Source: Stegostoma tigrinum (taxonomy: Eukaryota). Taken from it: a DNA stretch of 64,000 bases. The DNA is taken from NCBI RefSeq assembly GCF_030684315.1, contig NC_081371.1:9307441-9371440 (forward strand), given 5' to 3'. Positions 24,829 through 38,037 of this stretch are shown here, piece after piece; within the stretch, counting starts at the first letter, position 1, and every line of letters begins with the position of its first letter. Under the pieces are notes generated by a model, which saw only the letters and a list, made by a program, of their open reading frames with translations, had not been told where the DNA came from and made no database searches. The translations under genes and the position numbers were made by a program.

Positions 24829-25749
24829 ATGTGGAATGTGACACAACCTATTCCAGCCTATCAGAGAGCCAACAATCACCCCAAATATAACACTCACACT
24901 TTTCTAAACTGCTGGGAAAATTTCTGCCTCTGACTTTAACCAGCAGACCATTCCCTGTGTTAAGTCCTTGTATGGACAAGTTTGTGGCATCAGTTCTCAT
25001 TTTCCTCACAGAAAACTTCTCCCCTTCCCTCCTTCCTACATCCCATTCCTTTCCCAAATTGTGTTTTTGCTTCAGATGTACACAGCTAGCCTTGGTTTCA
25101 AAGATTACTGTGGCTTGATAGTTAACCGTTGCTCATGAGGTACGTTTCTGTAACCTAGTCTATCAATTTTGAATAGGAATGTTTAAAGTGTGGGAACTCT
25201 GAACGTAGGGAGTCCGACACTGTCCTCCTGATGTTGGATAAACCTGGTGCTCAGCAAAGAAACTCTGCAAGAAGGTTGCAAGCTCAATTTGCTGGTTCTT
25301 TATTTAAACCCCACCTGCTGGTGCAATATGTTCTTGGGAGGTGAGGTGAGGGGGGTTGTGGTGGCGGGAATGGGGAATGGGACTGACTGGATTGCTGTAC
25401 AAAGTGCTGGAATGGGCTGGATATACCTACACCCTCATGACAGCATGGAAGTATCAGTTTCTGACTTTGTTTCAGACTGTGGTGATACATCCCTCCCCTT
25501 GCCCAAGGTGTGGCAGCAATGCTGAATTTCAGCACAAACCCCTTGCACCAAGTATGTACAAATGTGGAATATGATTCAACCTATTCCAGCCTATCAGAGA
25601 GCCAACAATCGCCCGAAATATAACCCACAAACCTTTCTAAACTGCTGGGAAAATTTCTGCCTCTGACTCTAACCAGAAGACCATTGCCTGCGTTAAGTCT
25701 TTGTATGAAGAAGTTCTTGGCGTCAGTTCTCATTTTCCTCACAGAAAAC
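24829..25749 (+). repeat. Local direct duplication of 188 bp (24829-25016 and 25562-25749)
   Basis: Both copies contain CAACCTATTCCAGCCTATCAGAGAGCCAACAATC...CTTTCTAAACTGCTGGGAAAATTTCTGCCTCTGACT...CTCATTTTCCTCACAGAAAAC. Confidence 0.9.
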
Positions 25750-25834
25750 ACTGCTTCCCAGGCTCATGCTCTCTCCCCACCATTACATTTTCTTCCATGG
25801 TATAACGCATTATGGATGTTACTGGTCTCCTTTA

Positions 25835-26002
25835 AGACCATAAGACACAGGAGTGGAGGTAAGGCCATTCGGCCCATCGAGTCCACTCTGCCAATTAAAT
25901 CATGGCTGATGGGCTTTTCAATTCCACTTCCCTGCACTCTCCCCGTAGCCCTTGATTCCTTGTGAGGTCAAGAATTTATCGATCTCTGCCTTGAAAACAT
26001 TA
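25835..26002 (-). mobile_element. CR1-like LINE 3' tail
   Basis: AAGACCATAAGACACAGGAGTGGAGGTAAGGCCATTCGGCCCATCGAG. Confidence 0.75.
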
Positions 26003-27125
26003 ACTTTGTCCCCGTACTGGCTTTATCAGAGCAATTTAGCAGCTCTAACGACCCCACTGCCTCGCAAGTGATTCCTTTTGAAATACATATCCAGTACCTT
26101 TTTTTTTAAAGGAATGTTCAGTCTGTTTCAGCCATCCTTTTATGACAGTGCAGTCTTGATCTCATTGTAAACCCGCTCAGGTTCATTCAAGGGTGCAAAG
26201 CCAAAAGTATCCTGGTCAGAGCCTTCCTGCTTAACTGCTGCTGACTGTTCCAAGGGCAGAGTTAGGAAGAGGCATGCCAGTCTTGCTTCGAACCTGTTTG
26301 AGTCAGTTGAGAAGGATGCAAGGGATAAGGAAAAAAGAGATGCAAACTTTACTTGAACGGTTTGCTGAGGGAAAGTTACATTTTTTCCAAAATAGAGGGC
26401 CTGTTGAACCTGAGGAGTGTGGGCTAATGTGTCCCGATATTAAATTAATGGGATTAGGCTTTTTTTATGTGCAGACGACTAAAGACTATTTGCATAATGC
26501 GTGTGATTTTCATGCTTGCAAGCCAGCGTAATAAAAATGTTGTCACGACTTATTACATTTTTGTACAAATGCTATTCTCTTGTAAATGCTCTGTCAGTAG
26601 AAATGAAATTGAAGCAGTGACAGGAAAGTGTCATCTCTGGTGCTAAGTTGAAGACACTAAAAATGATCGACTCCTGCAGTGTAACGAGATTTTCACAGCA
26701 AAAAAAAGTGACAATTTAACATTAATCTGGATTTCTGTCTTTTTTTAAGCAGATGCAATCTGAGTTAACTGTTCATGTGTCGTAATAACCAAAACAAGAT
26801 TGATCACTTTGTTCCAAATGACATGTTGCAGTTTTGCTTTTGAACTAAGTAGAGTTTAGGAACTGGGCATTGCTCATCTTGTTGGATGTTGATCTGAGGG
26901 TTAGTTCTGTAAACCCTTTGTGGTGGTCCTGGGTCAGTTCCCTGTGGATCAGGCAGCTGAACTCAGCTCTGTGTGTTGTCACAGGACTGTATCCTTCCTA
27001 TCATTAAGAATATCACATCAGTATGGAGTGAATCTTTCCCTGGTCGCCCTCAGGAAGTGTAACTGTTCAGTTTCACCGTCACTTTCGCAGAAGAACTTTT
27101 CGCTTCAAACTGAGTTGAAAGTCTG

Positions 27126-28070
27126 AAGTCATAGAAACACACAGGAAACAGACCCTTCAATCCAATCAATCCATACTGAACGTAATCCCAAACTAAACTA
27201 GCCCCACCTGCCTGCATCTGGCCCCGTGCCCGTCCAAACCTTTCCTATTCATATTGAGGGAGTGCAGCGTAGGTTCACGAGGTCAATTTCCGGAATGGCA
27301 GGACTATCCTATGTTGAAAGATTGGAGCGACTGGGCTTGTATACACTTGAGTTTAAAAGAATGAGAGGGGATCTGATTGAGACGTATAAGATTGTTAAGG
27401 GATTGGACACTCTGGAGGCAGGAAGCATGTTTCTGCTGATGGGGGAGTCCAGAACCAGAGGACACAGTTTAAAAATAAGGGGTAGGCCATTTAGAACAGA
27501 GTTGAGGAAAAACTTCTTCACCCAGAGAATGGTGGATATATGGAATGCTCTGCCCCAGAAGGCAGTTGAAGGCTAACTCTCTGGATACTTTCAAGAAAGA
27601 GATGGATAGAGGTCTTAAAGATGGTGGAATCAAGGGTTATGGGGATACGGAAGGAACAGGATACTGATTGTGGATGATCAGCCATGATCATAATGAATGG
27701 TGGTGCTGGCTCGAAGGGCCGAATGGCCTACTCCAGCACCCGTTGTCTGTTGTCATATATCCAACGAAATATCTTTAAAATGTTGTAATTGTACCCTCAT
27801 TCACCACTTCCTCGGGAAGTTTGTTCCGCATGTGAACTGTCCTCTGTGTAAAACATTTCCCTCGGGTCTTTTTTAAATCTCTTTCCTCTCACCTTAAAAA
27901 TGTGTCCCCTAGCCTTGAAATGCCCAATCTTAGGGGAAAGGCAACTGCATTAATCCGATCTCTACCTCTCATTATTTTATAAACTTCTAGCAGGTCACCT
28001 CTCACCTTCCTCCTGTCTGGTGGAAAAAGTCCCAGCCTATCCAGCCTTTCCTTAAAACTCAAGTTCTTTG
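27126..28070 (-). mobile_element. CR1-like LINE 3' end, host of a nested CR1
   Basis: Tail at 27126-27254. The element resumes at 27753 with antisense LSFKERLDRLGLF..RRKVRGDLLEVYKIMRGRDR. Confidence 0.8.
27255..27752 (+). mobile_element. Young 5'-truncated CR1-like LINE with 6-bp TSD
   Basis: Open ORF2 C-terminus EGVQRRFTRSISGMAGLSYVERLERLGLYTLE...WNALPQK. TSD TCATAT at 27249-27254 and 27753-27758. Confidence 0.88.
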
Positions 28071-28819
28071 AATTATTAGTTGAGGATTGTTGCGTCAAAG
28101 GTTCTTTGAGGAAAGAAAGCCAATCCACAGATATTTTTACATTGTTGCGCATGACATTAAGTGAATGAGCGCATTACACTGCTTCTCCCTTTTCTCAGTG
28201 CTTTGGTTGTCTTCAATAATCTTTGCTGTTCATGTAATTTCAACATGCAGTGCAAGGAAGAAAGTCTTTATGAATATGCATACTTGACAGATGTCTTGTA
28301 GAGGTACTCTGAGCCAGAAAACACAGATTCATGTCCTTCCTGCCCCTGAAATGTGTCACTGCATGTTCAAACAGGTTGATTTAAGATAACTACAAGTGGC
28401 ATTTTTTTCTTTGAACTCTGATGACAAATCAAGTTTAACAATTTGTTTACAAAGTCTAATGGAGCCCTGACAAATTTTGGTATGCATTCATATTTCGTTC
28501 AGTTTGGCTTCAGCCCAGTATTCTCAGAAGGTCCTTTTAATCGTTCTCAGGACGTGGTTCATCAACCACTGAAATCTGAACTGGTTTTAACTCTGGCTTG
28601 AGTTTGTGATCAAATGGATCATGCTTGCTTTTGGTGCATAATTCCTTCCAGGGTCGGTGATGGACGTGATCATTCCACGAGAAAGAAAGCCAATCCACAG
28701 GTATTTTTACATCATTTCATCATCTTGTGTCACTTCTGAGGGGAGCTCAGAGCAGCAACTTTCCTCGAACTCTGTTGCCTCATGTATGTTTATATCATAC
28801 TATAGTTTGAAAAACTGTT

Positions 28820-29330
28820 CTAGGCAGGATATTATTAGGCTGGAGAGGGCTCATAAGAGTTTTGCCAGGATTTTGCCGGGACCGATTGGTTTGTGTTACA
28901 AGAGCAAGTATGGATTGGCTGGGACCTTTTCACTGGAGGGTAGGAGGTTGAGGGGTGAGCTTAGAGAAGTGTGTAAAAGCACGAGGGGAATTGATATGGT
29001 GAATAGCAAGGGTTTTTATTTTCATAGGGTGGGCGATTTCAAGACTAGAGAGCATAATTGTAAGGTGAGAGGAGAAAGATTTAAAAAGGATGTAGGGCAG
29101 TTTTTATTTTAGTGGTTTGTTTGTTTGTGGAATGAACTTCCAGAGGGAAGTGGTGGATGCTGGTACAGTTACAACATGTAACAGACATTTGGCTAAGTAC
29201 ATGAATAGAAAGGGTTTGGTGGGACATGGGCCGAGGACAGTCTGGTGGGAATAGTTTAGGTTGGGATTGTGGTCACCATGGACTGGTCGGACCGGAGGGT
29301 CTGTTTCTGCACTGGATAACTCTGACTGTA
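28820..29330 (+). mobile_element. CR1-like LINE 3' end
   Basis: RQDIIRLERAHKSFARILPG...FSLEGRRLRGELREVCKSTRGID followed by the 3' UTR. Confidence 0.8.
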
Positions 29331-30296
29331 AATCCTGATTCATGTGTGGCCCCTTTAATTTTTAAAATTGTTTCTTCATCCAAACACTCAGGAAATAAAC
29401 CCAGTCATGAAGTGTGAGATCTTTCTGTACTTGAGTGGAAAATTAGCCCACCACTGTTTCATCCTGCGGCTTGAATACCTGTGCAACACACAGGTTTGGA
29501 GTTGTACTTCAACAGGCCTAAGAGAGCTTTCAGCTGCACGATTTGATGCCAGACAGTGAGGAGAAGTGAGACTATTTTTGTTACTGTATTGCTTTCTAAC
29601 AAGTAGGAACGAAGCTGAAGTGAATTGAGGCCCACTTTGTGAGACAGGCTTCTCAGCTAAGGAAAACTGCAAAACAAACAGCTGTGTGTCAATGGTTTTG
29701 ATGCTTGGATTTTCCTTCACTCCACTTGAATGCCTGTCAATGTATCCCAGGAATGGGTTATTTTCCCCATCAAGGAAGCCAAATGGTCTCTTTGCATTGG
29801 TCAGGCAGCTGGTCCCGACCTGTAAAACGTTTTCTTTCCGTGGTTTGTTTCAATAGTTTTGGCAGATTTCCACCCGTTAATATCAGAATACTGTTGAGAC
29901 CGGGTCAACAAACAGCCCCTCTTGCTGTACTGAATACACAGGTAGAGTCAGTGTGTAGTTTTCACGGAATTCTCTCTCTCAAAGAATTTGGAGCCACCGC
30001 TCTTTGACCTCCCTTGATCCAGCCCTGCTGAGTGCAATGATTGCCGAATGGTTTCACCTCCTCATTTCCACACTGGTCAATTCATTCTACCCATCCAATG
30101 TCAGTCCACAAATGCTTTTCAACTGAACCTTTGGGTTCAGCTATGATTCGAGTTGCATTGATTTCGTCGTCATCTATCAACCCTATTCTGAAGTCTTTGA
30201 CACCACACTCTGTGTCTGAGTCCTCATGCAGCAACCTAGTGAGCTTGTTGTCTTTCAGTTATGATCTTCAAAGTTATTGCTGTAGTGTACTTTTCA

Positions 30297-30502
30297 GTTA
30301 GCTCAGTTGGTTGGACAGCTGTATGACAATGCAGAGGAACACCAACGGTGTGGGTTCAGTTCACACACTGACTGAGGCTGAAGGACTCTCCCTCTCAGTC
30401 CCTCCCCTTAGCCGAGGTGTGGTGACCCTCTGGTTAAACCAGCACCAGTCGCTTCTCCAATGAGAAAGCCACCCTGTGGTCCACTCGGACAGTGGCGATT
30501 TA
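30297..30502 (+). mobile_element. tRNA-derived SINE (distinct from HE1)
   Basis: TAGCTCAGTTGGTTGG (A box) and GTGGGTTCAGTTC (B box), then a GGTGACCCTCTGGTTAAACCAGCACCAGTC body. Confidence 0.6.
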
Positions 30503-32620
30503 GCGTCTGCTTTCACTGAGAGAAGTACAGTCTTACCTGCTTCTGTTGTCAGTGGAATTGCAGATCTTGTCCTGAATTAACTTCGAGGGAGTTTATGACT
30601 TGACGTGAGTGAGATTTGTTACACATAAAGAGCTGGTGGCACTTTTATCATTCATTCTGAAGATTATTCCAAGTGCTTGCCTTTCTATTTGCACAGAGTT
30701 AAGTGAATGTACGTCACACAAGTGCTATGGCTTCTCTTGTGTGTTATTAATGACATGTCTAGTCACGGCTTCAACAATGTTTCGAAGCATCATGTGCCAG
30801 CTTCAGATTGAGGTTTGTGTTGTGCATCATTGGTCAAGCTCCCCTTCCATGTATCATCAGCATCATTGTGCTTTGCATAGTTCCCACTCACACCTTTCTT
30901 CAACAGCCCACGTGGTGGAGCTAACACAGTTGAAAGCTCAGATGGAATATTGATGAATATTGACCCATACCTGGAAAAGATCTGGGCTCAGATCCATCTT
31001 TTGGTTTTGGGTCATTAACCCAAGTCAGTCGGTGGTAATAACCCCTTCTCATTGACTTTCAGGCTTCAGATTGCAAACTCGGTTCCTTTTCAACTCCACA
31101 CTGTGCTTATTGTACTTTAACCCTTCAGCCGACACTTAGAAGATCCTCTTCCTCTGCTGTTGGTCATGACTAACATATCCTGATTGCACAAGCAAATGGG
31201 TACTCCTTGAACAATATTATCCATCGAAGCTTGGAAGGTTTTTAAAGAATATGTCACGCATTAGGTCGGCTTTGCGGAGGGTGTGTTTATCATGCAATAT
31301 TACTAACTCTGCAGTTATTTGCCTGAGTTTAAGGTAAATCCAACACTTGTGAATACCTTGGCTTCTGCGAGCACCCCGTGGAGATCTTGGCAGATCAGTG
31401 CTGGATACTGCTCTGCCACCCCTGCTGGGTCGACTGTATGTTTGTAGTGACCGCATTGTTCTGGTTTTGTCTGACTTAAAACTAGAATAATTGGGATTAC
31501 CCAATCACTGTGATTAATTTTGATGAGTTTCTCTGTGTCTTATTTAGCTCCTCTCCATCCTGGGTTTTGACAGCATGTGGAATTGAACCAGTCTTGCAAT
31601 ATCTGGTCTTACACGAGGTCTGATCCTATAGTGTCCTTCTGCACTGATTAGGTCTTCAAAACTGTTTATAAATGTCATCTATGCGATTGCTGATTAAGCT
31701 TCTTGATCGTCTTCGGAAAGCACACTCCAGTTCCAACTTAAGTTTGCAAACCCAATGCTTATTCTTTACTGATTTCACTGCCAGACTGGCTGAGATTTTC
31801 CAGCACATTCTATTTTTGTTCCTTCCTGTTTACTGTTCGTTTGTTGCCATACTCACTGCGATAGTGGGCATTAAAAGGATTTGCCTTTATGTTGAGCATT
31901 ATTCTTCATTTGTCCACACATGTCTGACAACCCTCCAGGTTAAGGCTCCAGTCAAATTGTGTTCTCGGCCATATGTATTATGTTGGCTTTCTGTTTCTGT
32001 GGCAATGCATTCAATCATTAATGACTACAAAGTCCATCCTCTCCCTTTTACCCCAGGACTCGGGTGTTAAGGTGTTATCTGAAATGTATCCTATTGCTTC
32101 CCAATTTTGCTTGCTCTTCCGATTGCCCTCTTGCGCGTCCATTCCTTCAAAGAAATGTCCCATAGCCCCATCACCTGATTTTAGGTAGAGGGCAGTGGTG
32201 ATGGTCGAACCCGGAAGTTCCCAGGTTTGATCCAAGTCTGCACTCACTCGACTGATCTTGGCCAAAGCAATAGTGTTGCTCTCAGCATCCTGTGGTGAGC
32301 GATGGATAAATTGATCCAAACTCCCGCTTGGGTAAGTGGATTTCAGATGAGGACAGCACTGTGAGACCACATGTACATTGCACTGCCCCACCATCTCCCA
32401 CTCCCATGTGCCCACTGCCCCTCACCTTTGATGGTATGTGGGCAGGAACCTTCCTGACTTGGGGAACACTTAAAATGTTCCATTTAAAAATGGAACGAGA
32501 ATGAATTTAATCCAAATGGCTAGGAAGAAAATTCAAGGAAAAAGCAGTGCAGGAAGATAAGGAAATTGCTAGATATATCACTATAGGTGAAAAAACACCT
32601 GATATTGAGTTACATTTATC

Positions 32621-32672
32621 CTGTGTGTGTGCGTGTGTGTGCGTGTGTGTGTTATATGTGCGCGCGTGTGCA
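32621..32672 (+). repeat. (TG/CG)n compound microsatellite
   Basis: TGTGTGTGTGCGTGTGTGTGCGTGTGTGTG..TGTGCGCGCGTGTG. Confidence 0.85.
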
Positions 32673-33129
32673 CTCTTACTCATTGTCTGACCCAGGTCCT
32701 CTCATTTGAATAAGAATGCATTTATTCAGTACATTGACACAGTTTGCAACTTGAAACTTTTTCTGTGTGCGTCTGTGTACGTGTTTACAGTGGTGAGACC
32801 CGCACGCTGAACCCCGCACGCTCAACCTTGCGCGCTCTCTCACGCGCTCTCTCACTCACTCTTTCATTATAATACCAGGGTACAAAATTGCAATTGTGAA
32901 ATAAATCAAAGAATAGAGAGAATTGGAAAAAGTGAATGGGACACATCCACCAGGTCTGCAACGCTACATTGAGTGATTATAAGTTTAGAAACAGTTGAAA
33001 AGAGCGCAGCAGACAGATGAAGGTAATTCTGTGGTGGAAAGTAAACAGACGGTATTTTGGGAATGCCAAGATAATAAAATGTGAGGCTGGATGAACACAG
33101 CAGGCCAAGCAGCATCTCAGGAGCACAAA

Positions 33130-33164
33130 AGCTGACGTTTCAGGCCTAGACCCTTCATCAGAGA
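33130..33164 (-). ncRNA. Minimal type I hammerhead ribozyme motif (intact core)
   Basis: Minus strand reads CTGATGA-A-GGGT-CTAG-GCCT-GAAA-CG-TC-AGC in the PLE 3' region. Confidence 0.72.
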
Positions 33165-33303
33165 GGGGGATGGGGAGAGGGAACTGGAATAAATAGGGAG
33201 AGAGGGGGAGGCGGACCGAAGATGGAGAGTAAAGAAGATAGGTGGAGAGAGTGTAGGTGGGGAGGTAGGGAGGGGATAGGTCAGTCCAGGGAAGACGGAC
33301 AGG

Positions 33304-34046
33304 TCAAGGAGGTGGGATGAGGTTAGTAGGTAGCTGGGGGTGCGGCTTGGGGTGGGGGGAAGGGATGGGTGAGAGGAAGAACCGGTCAGGGAGGCAGAGA
33401 CAGGTTGGACTGGTTTTGGGATGCAGTGGGTGGGGGGGAAGAGCTGGGCTGGTTGTGTGGTGCAGTGGGGGGGGGGACGAACTGGGCTGGTTTAGGGATG
33501 CGGTGGGGGGAGGGGAGATTTTGAAACTGGTGAAGTCCACATTGATACCATATGGCTGCAGGGTTCCCAGGCGGAATATGAGTTGCTGTTCCTGCAACCT
33601 TCGGGTGGCATCATTGTGGCACTGCAGGAGGCCCATGATGGACATGTCATCTAGAGAATGGGAGGGGGAGTGGAAATGGTTTGCGACTGGGAGGTGCAGT
33701 TGTTTGTTGCGAACTGAGCGGAGGTGTTCTGCAAAGCGGTCCCCAAGCCTCCGCTTGGTTTCCCCAATGTATTGGAAGCCGCACCGGGTACTTTGGATGC
33801 AGTATACCACATTGGCAGATGTGCAGGTGAACCTCTGCTTAATGTGGAATGTCATCTTGGGGCCTGGGATGGGGGTGAGGGAGGAGGTGTGGGGACAAGT
33901 GTAGCATTTCCTGCGGTTGCAGGGGAAGGTGCCGGGTGTGGTGGGGTTGGAGGGCAGTGTGGAGTGAACAAGGGAGTCACGGAGAGAGTGGTCTCTCCGG
34001 AAAGCTGACAGGGGAGGGGATGGAAAAATGTCTTGGGTGGTGGGGT
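33304..34046 (-). pseudogene. PLE ORF C-terminus: Cys-rich linker and GIY-YIG endonuclease (open frame, no RT, no native start)
   Basis: AFRRDHSLRDSLV..GTFPCNRRKCYTC...TCTSANVVYCI..C..QYIGETKRRLGDRFAEH...VANHF...EQQLIFRLGTLQPYGIN. Confidence 0.88.
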
Positions 34047-34719
34047 CGGGAATGGATGGACTCTCAGAAAAAGGGAGGATCATCTTTTTCACAGAGCTGT
34101 CACACAAAGGCCAGGATGCTTTTAGCCAGCTGGAAGAGGTCTGTGTGATGTGTAAACAGAGGGCAAAGAGCGCAGTCAGCAGCAGTGCCCCTTTTACTTC
34201 AGAATCATTTGATCAAATGAGTACAAAAGTGAATTGGCGAGACAGAGCATCATCCACTAAAGGACTGTAAGAGAGAGAAATAAAGTCTTTATATGTTCAC
34301 AGTTCAGAACAAAGAGAGTTTCACTGCTAAGATTGATTAACTCATGTCTGTGGTGCCATGATCTTGTTATTTAGAGCAACTTTCCCACTTTCCCTTGGCC
34401 TGGCCTGTGAGGCTTAAAATTAGAAATATTTTGAGAGCTTTTTCAGCTCTGTCCAGATATGATTACTTCTATGATTACTTGAGCTTGAGAAGCAGGTGCA
34501 GGATGGGCAAGTTGCTGTAATGTGGCACTGCTGGCCGGTTAACTGTGTCCGCAGATCATGCAGGTGGAAGGAAATGAAATGCTTGTATATTTTTGATAAC
34601 CGAATGTGGGACATGAGCATCATTGGCGAGGCTAACACTTCCGACCCAAACCATTTGTAGTACAAGTTTGATGGAGCAAATGGCTAACTGACTTGCCCTT
34701 GAGAAGAGGCTGCCTTCAG

Positions 34720-34985
34720 GTCATTTTAAAGCCCCTTTCAAAGTGCTGTCACTGTTATAATGTGAGAAACACAGTGTCAGTTCAGACACAGCAAGCTCCC
34801 ACAAACACTGATAACCAAGGAACCAGTTGGGACGACTCAGTTTAACATTTTATCTGGAAGAGAGCACCAGGGACAATGCAGCTCTCTCTCAGGACTGCAG
34901 TGGAGTTTCACTCTGGATCACTTTAGATTGGGATTGGAACCCACAGCCTCCAGACTTGGAGATGAGACTGCAACCTACTGCTCAA
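34720..34985 (-). mobile_element. DeuSINE/SacSINE-like element
   Basis: CACAGCAAGCTCCCACAAACA...CTCAGTTTAACATTTTATCTGGAAGAGAGCACC...GGGATTGGAACCCAC (antisense B box). Confidence 0.6.
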
Positions 34986-37936
34986 CATGGAATAGAAGAC
35001 TGTTACTCCCAGGCCAGTTCACTGACCTACTTGTCCTGCACACAGGGTTACCATTGACAAGAAACTGCAGCACTCCATTGGCTCTTGAGTTAGGGTTTAC
35101 TCCTCATTGTTTTGTTGCATGTTTAGATCAAACTGCACACATTGCTTGAACAGATTAGTAAAGTGGAGAGTGAGCATTGTTTTCATGGAAGTTCAGTGCC
35201 TGTGGTCAATGCTGAGTTGGCTGATTGTCAAATCTGCAAGCGGTAACAATAGAGAGAGTGGTTAATTTTGTCCTTCGTGGTGTGGAAGTGTAAGTTGTTT
35301 TTTAAGGATTTTCAGTTGAAGCAGTTCTAAAATGATACACCTGACCCTTGGCCTCTGTCCCCTTTATCCAACGTTTGTCACTCACAACTGCACTTTCCAA
35401 CGACCAACTGTCTTGCCTTTTTCAATCAGGGGCTGTCAGCCTTGTCCACAATAAAACTTCATTGCTTCTTAAACGATGGTCATTCCCCTTCCTCTTTTTC
35501 TGACTGCATCTGTGGGTTAGATGTGGATTGCCAGAGTAAAATGGACCGTGTGGAGTGAACTGGTTCCCTTTGCCAAACCTGTTGCAGACAGATCCCGTTC
35601 AGCAAATGAGATCCACAAGCTTACAGCCATAACTCAACTCCCAAGCTCGGTGCCTGTTAATGAAACAGTGAAGTGTGATTCCAGGATGCTGTACTCCCGT
35701 CAGGGAAGGTAATTGTGGAAAGGGAGAACAAGTCCATGCAAACTGCTTGGCCTCACTTCTCTGGCTCGCTGTCGCAATGAGGCCATTTCCTCAGAGGAAA
35801 CAGCCAAGTAACTGAATGCAATTTAACAGGTTTTCTGTCTGAGATTAGTGCACGTCCTTCAAACACAGACCTGTTAGAAATGGTGCGTACATAGAATCCT
35901 CCAAGGCTGTAATCTTTTCATCTACAGCTACCTGATGTAATGAGCCTTAGTTTGATTTTCACCTCCCACTGATCCTAAAACCTTCCAGACACAATTCTTG
36001 TCCAAACACTTGGATTTCCATTGGTGGACTCTGACCTTTCAGTGCATGGCAGGCCCCTTTAGGCTTTACACCCTCATCCTTGGACAGCACGGTACATGAA
36101 GGCACAGACAGAATGATCACCCACAAAAAGCGTGCCATTGAGCCGACTTGTAAGAAACTTTTCACTGACCTCTGACCGAATTCAACCAAGCAGGACGCCA
36201 AGGCCAGCATTTTTAACCATCCCTAAGTGATATTGTCAGTGCGTGGATTTCCATCTTGAAACGTTTGTCCCCACCTACCACCCTGTATTGCTCACCTTTC
36301 TACCCTCCTGAGCCTCACTCTTTTGACTTCGTTGGAAAGCACTGCCAATGAGAGTCAACTGCTTGAGACTTGGCTGTCACCAGTGTGAGCTGGATTCAAG
36401 CCCTGAGCTTGAGGGAGGACGACGGTGAGCTACCATCTTTCCACCCCCGAATGTTGTCTGACTGAACCGATTTACTCATGTTTCTAAAGATCTGTTGACA
36501 GTAAAACAGCAATATAAGCATTTTGTGCCGCCAGTAACAATGCCACTTGGTAGGATCACTTGTCAAGGATGATGCAGTGGAGAGGACAGTTATTGACCAT
36601 ATAGCTGTTAATTGATTAGCAACCAATCTATATATTGTTTAAACCTTAGTCATGACCCATATCTGAACTTTGAAAACTGATATTGCAGCGATAATTACAG
36701 TGCCACAGATGATCTAATGCATGTCCGTGCATGGTAATTGCAGTCTGTACTGACTGACTGCTTCATATATCCTCCAAGTACATGGTGCTCTGTACGAGTC
36801 AAAAGCGGGATTTGTAGTCATCCTGTTCAAGCACATTTTATGCAAACTTTGATTTTCAAGTGGCAGTATCATCGCTTTTTTTTTATTGCTGTGGAGAGAA
36901 CAAAATGAGATACTGTCACTGTAAAGATGCAAGGTATTTATAAATTGAAACTATCAAAAATTGAATTATCTGGTGATTTATGTTGTTCGAGTTCCTTACA
37001 GTTGTTCAAATGGATGGCATAGAGTGTCCCCAGTGCAAGTACTACAGACTAATCCTCACAGGCTCAAGGCTAACAGCCACAACTGATTCCTGCAGACAGT
37101 AGCTAGCTGAGCCGACGAAACTTTCATGTAAAATACACTGATATACTTACTGCTTCTGGTGTTGCCCTGGGGAAAGATCAATATATTGCTTATCGGCGAC
37201 CAGCTTAACTCTGGATTCTCCCGTGTTGCCTGCCATAGTTATCTTGGAGATGGTTATGTTATACGATGGAAGGCATCCACGTTTCTCAGCTGTTGGTGTT
37301 TCTTTATATTTCTGACTTGGTTGAAGCTTTTGGTCACTTTTCTCTGCTACTCGTTGAGCACGTTAATGGACTGTTCAGCAAGTTAGATTATCATTGCTGA
37401 GCAAATGACCACATCTGCATATGCACTGTAGCAAGGGTGTGGCATTGAGGGTTCAGGATTGTTTCCCTTTGCCAAACTTTAACGTTCTATGGTAACAGCC
37501 TCATTTAGTATCCTCGCGGGAAACATTGTCTGGACATTGATATTGGCACCGCTGTGGTAGCCTGGTATACATGTGGCGGTCAGCCTCATTTGAAGTGAAT
37601 CGGATTAGCTTTGTTATCGTACGAGTACAGTGAAAAGTTTACAAGTCACCATTCACAGTGTCATCTTTTGTGCGAAGGTACCCAGGTACATTTTCTTGAG
37701 TACAAATTCTTAGCGGAAAAATGAATGAAATAGTCCAGCATTACGACCTTGAAAAGTGAGGGATCGTGGTAGTAAATTAGAAAAATTGTGCTGACATCTC
37801 ATTGCCTGGCGCAAAGTATTAAAGACCGAGATAGTGGCGTGGTTCTGTCAGCAGCACTTTCTGATCGAGAAGCTGCTCAATGCGGGAGACAGGAAGATCA
37901 GGCGACAAAGTCTGTGATGGAGCAGGGGATAAAATA

Positions 37937-38037
37937 GAGATAACAGGGAGGAGAGCTGGGTGAACACAGCAGGCCAAGCTGCATCAGAGGAGCAAGAAGG
38001 CTGACATTTCGGGCCGAGACCCTTCTTCAGAAATGAA
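37937..38037 (-). mobile_element. 101-bp non-autonomous PLE-derived HHR element with 10-bp TSD
   Basis: TSD GGATAAAATA at 37927-37936 and 38038-38047. The minus strand begins TTCATTT-CTGAAGAAGGGTCTCGGCCCGAAATGTCAGC. Confidence 0.8.

Larger units (their letters stand above)
33066..34047 (-). mobile_element. 5'-truncated Penelope-like retroelement
   Basis: GIY-YIG ORF plus a 3' region nearly identical to the 13.5-kb element. Candidate TSD GGGAATG at 33059-33065 and 34048-34054. Confidence 0.9.

Noticed and set aside
32760-32865. Micro-exon or promoter at TTTACAG-TG-GTGAGA with CpG-rich short repeats
   Set aside because: The implied exon would be 2 nt and the context is simple-repeat derived.
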